A stretch of 64,000 nt of DNA from Chrysomallon squamiferum (Eukaryota; Animalia; Mollusca), in NCBI GenBank assembly GCA_012295275.1, contig CM022669.1:9610001-9674000 (forward strand). Reading direction: 5' to 3'. The translations under genes were made by a program, and so were the position numbers. Shown here piece by piece: positions 55,913 to 64,000 of this stretch. The notes under the pieces are model-generated. The model was not told the origin of the DNA, searched no databases, and saw only the letters and a program-made list of their open reading frames with translations. Every line of letters starts with the position of its first letter. The stretch's first letter is position 1.

Positions 55913-56807
55913 TACACACATGAACACACACACTTGTACACGTATATTTGGTTAGGGTTATTTATTTTATAATAGTCCTTTTATTTTTATTTTTTATTTA
56001 TTTTTTGTTAGTTTTTGTTGTTGTTTCTCATGAAAACTTCATGTAAGTAAAATACTGATTTAAAAAACCCACAAAGAAACCAATCAAACAATAGAACAGT
56101 ATAAATAATAAAAAGAAACAATAAGCAAACAAACAAAAATAAATAAAAGAAAATAATAAAAAAAACAGTATAAATAATAAGAAAAATTTAAAAAAAAAAA
56201 ACAAAAAAAACAACAAAACAATCGAACAGTATAAATAATTTAAAAAAAGACGAAAATAAACCAAAAAAAAAAAAAAAAAAAGAAAAAAAAACAAACAACA
56301 GAAAACGAACATAAATAAAAAAATGAAAATATATTTAAAAATAAAACAAGAAACAAAATAACAAAAATATAATATAGAAAAGAGACAAAGAAGTAAAGAA
56401 TATAATGAAATAAAATGAAATGAAAGAAAATAAACCAGACATTTCACAACTAATGTCAAAACAGGACAAAAAAGTAAAGAGTAACATAGTGCTTTGTTTT
56501 ACAGAAAACGAATAAATATTTCTTGTTTTTTTGTGTTTTTTTGACAATAAAACTATCACAGTCTTCGAGCTAATTATCATACAAGAGGACGTGCATGAGA
56601 CATTTACTGTGATATCTACACCGTCTTTGCTTAGTTTTATTTTTGAAGAAAAATGTTTATATATATATTTTTTTTTCAACCTTAACTGCATTATGCCCCT
56701 TAAGGTAGGAATATATATTTTTCTAAAAAAAAAAAAAAATAATAATAATTATAAATAAAAATGTTTATAAATTAATGTGTATATATATATATATAAAGAA
56801 AAAAATA

Positions 56808-56847
<40 letters not shown>

Positions 56848-57668
56848 AAAAAAAGAAAGAAGAAAACAACAAAACGTAACCAAAACATCCCAGAAAACAA
56901 CAACAAAGCTTAACAAACAAATAAGAAACAATAACAGTAACAAACAAAAACACATCAAATAATAATAATAATAATAATAAAAAACAAGCGAATAAGTAAG
57001 TAAGTAAATAAATAAATATTAATAAAATAATAATACAAATAATAATCCAAATAGTAATACAAATGTAAAAATTCAAATAATATAGAAATAATAATACAAA
57101 TAATAATACAAATAATAATGCAAATAAAAATAAAATTATAAAAAATTCCATCTGCTATGTACATAAAGAAAAGGTGTTCTGAAATCTGTTGATATATGAT
57201 ATTATGCTCAACAAAAAATCAAAGCAGTCCAACATGACGGTATAGAAATGTAAAGACTGATGAGGATTTTTTACACAATATTATTTCGTATGTGTAATAA
57301 TTGTGTTTTTTTTTTTTTTAATCATGTACGGTATGCAGAAGAAGAAAAAAACGAACAAAATAAAAAAAATGAAAGAAAGAAATAATAAAAAAATGTGTGG
57401 TTAATTTGTGCGAGTTTTTCATTCAAGTGTATGTGAGTCGAAAAGAACAAATACTTTGACTGTGTTTTGCTTACCTCTACATCAAAGTTTGTTAATTACA
57501 GGTTAACACAGATTAATATATATTATTGTTAACTACAGACCAATTTTTTCCAGTAATAAGGTACGGCAGTAATATATCAGGTCTCTGAAAAAGCTAAGTG
57601 TCTTGGTTCTTTTTATCTTTCTCAACACAAAATGACATAGACTACAAGGTGTCGTTTTGAGGTAACTG

Positions 57669-57778
<110 letters not shown>

Positions 57779-58518
57779 CTTACTCTCTCACTTACTATTA
57801 CTCTCTTTTACTATTACTTACTATAACTTTCTCTCTTACTCTTACTATTTCTCTCTTATTTTCTCCGTTACTATAACTCTCTTTCTCTAACTATATTACT
57901 CTCTTTCTTACTATCATTTACAATTATTCATTTTCTCTTACTATTTCTCTCTTTTATTGCTGCTACTATTGTCTCTCTACTGTGTGGTAATTTAAAAACA
58001 AATAAAGTACAACTAAAAGAAATTAGGAAAGAAAAAAATATACGAAAGAAAGAATAAAAAAAAAATATATATCTATAACAAGTAAAATGAAATAACTACT
58101 CTTTCCTATCCCCAAAACAAAAAAAAATAAAATAAAATAAAAAAATAAATAAATAAATAAATAAATAAATTTTAAAAGTTGGGCAAAAAAACGAAATCGA
58201 TATAGAATTTCTTCTCCGACATTTGTTTAACCAACCAAGTAAATTAAATTAAAATGGCTGCGTATTCTGAACAAAAACACTAAATATAGGAAAAAAATAA
58301 AATAAAATAAATAACTAAATAAATAAATAAACAAAATAAAATAAAAAAGATATATAATTTCAATTCAAAAAATCTTCGTATTAAACTTCTGTACAGAAAA
58401 ATTGTCTGGACACTTCGGATATATCCGAATTTTAACTTTTTATAGTATATTTTATAATGCCGGGTGAGTGTGTGAGATAATGATGATGATGATGTGGATA
58501 ATAATACTAACAATAGTT

Positions 58519-58550
<32 letters not shown>

Positions 58551-59485
58551 ATAATAGTGGTTGTAGTAGTAGTAGTCGTAGAAGTAGTCATAGGAGTAGT
58601 AGTAGTAATAGTAGTAGAAGGTGTAGTAGTTGTAGTAGAAGTATTAACAGGAGGAGGAGTAGTTGTAATAGTAGTAGTAGTAGTTGTGGTTGTAGTAGTA
58701 GTAATACTAGTAGTATTGGTGGATAGTGGTAATGGTAGTAGTGTAGGTAGCAGTAGTAGTAATACTATCAGCAATAGTAGCAATAGTAGTCATAATAATA
58801 GTATTATTCTATTTTGTTTTATTGTGTGTGTGTGTTTTTTTTTTTTTTTTTTTTTTTTCACAAATAAATAAACAAAATAGAGAAACAATATTAAAATCTT
58901 ACTTGACTGAGAAACCTCTTGTTCCTGTTTTCCGCTGATATCTTTCTTTCTACTTTACAAGATTAGTTTGAGAAATTTTAACGGAAATCGTGCACCAAAC
59001 AAAAACACACACAGATTGTCATCCAGTACTCCATTTCTGATCTCTCTCTCTCTCTCTCTTTCTCTCTTTTTTTCTCTCTCTCTCTCTCTCTTTCGTCTTT
59101 CTACTTTATAGAATAGTTTCTCTTTTACACCCGACTACCTGAAGTTTACAGTTATAAATCTTTAACACGGCGCCGGAACCGTACCCGAATAAATGAGACG
59201 ATTTTTTTTTTTTGAAGAAAAAAAAAAAGGGTTAGAAAAAAAGAAAAGAAAACGTAAGTAAATAAGCGAGATGTCGTACAGGCTGGGACAGGAGTAGTAG
59301 AGTGTCAAAACACCGAGTAACAGACACAAACTTCTCTTTCAACAACTTCAGAGTAACCTCCACCGATCACGAGAGATAAATTTAAAACATTTCGAAATTT
59401 TAATGGTGCAAACAGAACCAGTAATTTTTTTTATATATATATTTTTTTTTACAACAGCTTTGGTAAATTCATTGCTTATTTATTT

Positions 59486-59571
<86 letters not shown>

Positions 59572-61257
59572 CTTAAAACTTTCCTTGTACAGAGAAGTAA
59601 AAAACATATATAAATAATGAAAAAATATAACCCAAAAAATAAAAAAATAAAAAGTAAGGATTATATTTCAAAAATTTATATTCGGAATGACAATAAAATT
59701 GCCGAAAGCGTTTCTGTAAGTAAAAAAAAAATAAAAAAATAAAAAATGGCCGATAACAATGGAAAAAACCCCAAATGAACCATAAACAAACCCACAGATA
59801 TTTTCAACCTGATACTAAACATACTGAAGTTCACAGAGAAAAAAAATAAAAAAAAATAATAATAATAAAAAAAGAAATACAGACCCACTCAACCCACTAA
59901 TAACAAACGACTTCAAATTTAAATTTACTTTCGTGTAATCACCCAAACAATTCCCCAGTCTCAAATAAACGCATTGACAGAAAAATACTGTGAGGTGAGG
60001 ATCTAAGATTATTATAGAAAGAAGTAACACGTTCCCTCCAAAAGTTCGTGTCCTATTCTTTAATTTTTCTCTTTGAAAATAGACTTGCTAAAATAATTAT
60101 ATCAGCTGACTTAGACTTGAAGTTTCACAAACAGACGAAAATTGACCAAGAGCCGTTTTCAACAGAACACAGGGTTTCCTTCGCTAAAATGAAACTGCCA
60201 TTCGCTATCTGTCTTGCACTGGACTCAAAACATACATTATCTAAAGTTCTATCAAACGCCTAATGCGATTGGCCCTGGCTAAGTACATGCGCAGTAATTA
60301 ATGTCACTGTATATGACTCAAAATTAAACAAAATGAAAAAAATTAGCATAACTATTATTTTGTTTAATAATAAAAATATTTTTTTTCACAAATGGAGTCA
60401 TAAAAAGTAAATAATATTTAATATTTTACAAACTTAGTAGCACAAAATTAAGACTAAACGCCATAATTATACATGATTCAAATTTATTTACTAGTTTTAA
60501 ACGACACTAAATCTATGTAGATATACTTAAATACACACCAACAATTCAACTGATCTGTAATACACAACCGTTAGCTATAGTTCATTGTCCACTAACCTTT
60601 AAACAGCATCATCATCATCAACAACAACAACAATAAAAGAAATAAAATAGAGATGTTGTGTTCATTAAACGATTCTAACTGTTTGAAAACAACCGCCATT
60701 ACAGAAAAATGGCGTACAGCAAAAAATTCCTTTCCGTTTGATATCTTCACTTGAATTCTTAGGTAAAGATTAATGTATGCTTTTGTAACTTTTAAGTTAG
60801 GACATTTCCTGAAATTAATATTAGGGGTGAATTCTACTGCGAAAAATACACTCATTCGAGCTGGATTTTTTTTTTGGTGCTATTATGAAGTATTCTGATT
60901 TATTGACAGACATTTTTAGCAGTTACTTAAAGACATCGATACACAGATATATAACTTGCTGGTGACTTTGTGGAGCACAAAGCTTGACAGCTGTCAGAAT
61001 TACTTTACAAATAAATAACGTCAGATCTAGTTTGACTGGCGCCAGGTAGATCGTCTGTCCGTCTGAATGTTTGCAGTGATCAAATCGAGCAGACGTAGGC
61101 GCACATACGATCCCAGAATCCTTGAAATCGAACATGGTGGAACAGACAGAATAAGAGAAAAAATAGTTAATATAAAAAAATTAAAAAAACAAAACAAAAA
61201 AAACCCCAGAAATAAAAAGATAAAAAAGTGAATAAAAATTACAATAAAAAAATATAA

Positions 61258-61292
<35 letters not shown>

Positions 61293-61306
61293 ATTTAAAG
61301 AAATAA

Positions 61307-61343
<37 letters not shown>

Positions 61344-61950
61344 GCAAAATCAGAACAGCTAAAGAAACAGTACCGAAAAAATACAAGAAGACAATTTTAT
61401 AAGTATGCTGAAGGACAAGAAGAACCAAAAATAAATATATAAATAAATAAAAAGATAAATAAATAAATAAATAAATAAATAAAATATAAAAGAAAGAAAT
61501 AAAGAAAGACAAAAGAAAAAAAGGTAAAGAAACCTACTTCGTCATGACAAATGTCGGCTTTTCACGTAAAATAAACAAACGGTCTGTTTTATTTTTTATT
61601 TTTTATTTTTTTTTATAACTTATTTTATTTATCTTTTTATGATCACAAATAATGCTATGATGGTTTTATGTATTTTTAAAGAGATTTATAACGAGTATAT
61701 GCTGTCTTTCGTCTTTTCTAAAGTAACTTGATGCTTTAGAATCTAAAAAAAATGCTTTAGGCATTAAATAAATCCCTTGGTGAGGTGCTGTGTTAAATAT
61801 TTTTATTGTGTCTAATCTCTTTTACCGAGTATACACAGATCTACAGTACGCACACATCCATACCAGTTGTCTATTGTCTAGTGATAAGTTATAAACATCC
61901 AAAAATAAGTAAAGTCAGAATTGTAAACATTTTTTAATATTCTTCTTTTA

Positions 61951-62051
<101 letters not shown>

Positions 62052-62136
62052 CTCTCTCTAAAACACACACTGTCTCTAACTCTCTGTCTCCTTCTTTCTC
62101 TCTCTTTCTGTGTCTCTCTCAGTCACTCACTCTCAC

Positions 62137-62235
<99 letters not shown>

Positions 62236-62681
62236 CGTCTTTCTTTATATCTGTCTCTCTGGCTCTCTCGGTCACAGAAATAAAAGAAACCTAGGTTAAA
62301 CGTATGAAATAACAAACTATTTAATGAATAAACAAACAAACAAAACCAAAGAAGCAAATAAACAAATAAATTAATAAATAATCAGAATTACATATTTACA
62401 TCAGATTAACAAATCAAAAATCAGGAAACAAACAGTCATTCATTATCAATACTTAACTCGACAAATAATACACTCAGTTTATTTTGAATATACTGGTAAC
62501 ATAACGAAAAGCAAAAAATAAGATACATAGGTACGTGCATAAGAATATTGAAGATTAAAACGACTATATATCTTTTGCTTATGCATTCCACTCTTTCGTT
62601 CATGTAATATGTACTCATTATTTTCCATAAATACATATAAAACATGTACATTAAGTTCAAAAATTAAATCGTAAAATATTA

Positions 62682-62716
<35 letters not shown>

Positions 62717-63522
62717 TTTAAATTATTTTTTTCAGACACTTAAAGGAAAGGAAAACATTTAACAATGTAATTGATATTTATTAACACAAATGTAAATCAA
62801 AAGAAGAAGTAAAAATCTCACTGATAAAAAAAAAATAAAAAAAAAAATATATAAAAATAAATGAATAAACAACGTTTTCGAAGCCGCTTTTAGTATCATC
62901 AAACATTTCTTTTCTTTTCACTTTTTAGAAAATTATTTATCATGTCTGCTGTAAAGAACTGAAAGTACTTCATTTTCACCAAAAAAACATTTAATATTAA
63001 TATTATTTAAAAAAAAATAAAAAAACATTATAAATTGTATTTTACAGAACCTTTGTAGCTAAATTATGACTTTGTGTATTTATATGCAAAACAGAAGCAA
63101 AGACATTTGCATACAGGATTAATTTAAACAACAACAGTAAAAACAACACCATCAAAATAAGAATTAATGAATAAATAAACAAACAAACAAGTAAACAAAC
63201 AAACAAACAAATAAATAATAAGTATAATAAATAAATAAAAATAAAAATAAACCAACCTCAGAGTGATGCTTTTTGCTTTTTATTTTAGTATTCTGAATGT
63301 TGTTGTTGCTATTGCTGATACTTTTCAGTTATTGCTTCTTCTTCTACGCTATTACTATACAACAGCAACAACAACAACAACAATAATAATAATAATTATT
63401 ATTATTTTTATTATTATAATGGCCCGTGAAGTCTGGGTAGGAGAGAAATAACAATAAAAACGAGAAAAGGTGAAGCAGCAATAGTTTTTCTCATACGTGT
63501 TGTAATTTCCAGAAGCAGTATA

Positions 63523-64000
63523 AAACAGTAAGGCAAGCAATAATTTGTAGTAGTACTGCTAAACAGTAAGGCAAGCAATAATTTGTAGTAGTACTGTTAA
63601 ACAGTAAGGCAAGCAATAATTTGTAGTAGTACTGTCAAACAGTAAGGCAAGCAATAATTTGTAGTAGTACTGTTAAACAGTAAGGCAAGCAATAATTTGT
63701 AGTAGTACTGTCAAACAGTAAGGCAAGCAATAATTTGTAGTAGTACTGTTAAACAGTAAGGCAAGCAATAATTTAAAGTAGTATTGTTAGTTTATAAGAC
63801 AAGCAATAATTTGTAAAAGTGCTGATAAATTGTGAGACAAGTAATATTTTGTAGTAGTACTGTTAGATTGTGAGACAAGCAATAATCTATAGTAGTTCTG
63901 TTAAATTGTGAGACAAGCAATAATTTGTAATAGTACTGTAAAATTGTAAGACAAGCAATAATTTGTTTATTGTACTGTTAAATTATAACGCAAGCAGTAA
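63523..64000. repeat. 38-bp tandem minisatellite running off the window end
   Basis: aaacagtaaggcaagcaataatttgtagtagtactgtt repeated with period 38, degenerating after ~63780. Confidence 0.92.

Overview
AT-rich, microsatellite-dense, intron-rich metazoan genomic DNA, most likely from a lophotrochozoan or mollusc (inferred from protein style and TTAGGG repeats). Almost all long entries in the ORF track are microsatellite artefacts, so I spliced the real genes by hand. (1) A minus-strand secreted TPM/MOLO-1-like gene (~9.5-12.1 kb). (2) A candidate spliced non-coding or small-ORF transcript with structured introns (~16.2-19.5 kb, +). (3) A cluster of four 4-exon GM2-activator-like (ML-domain) lipid-binding genes (20.0-36.0 kb): one canonical N-glycosylated copy, two His-rich copies without N-glycosylation sequons, and a nonsense pseudogene. 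Two of the four form the arms of a ~5.5 kb inverted duplication with telomere-type repeats at two junctions. (4) A 9-exon ammonium transporter (Amt) with an apparent +1 frameshift in exon 6. (5) A 421-aa coiled-coil/low-complexity orphan gene. Five tandem repeats begin inside the 3' end of an exon and copy the splice donor or stop codon downstream.
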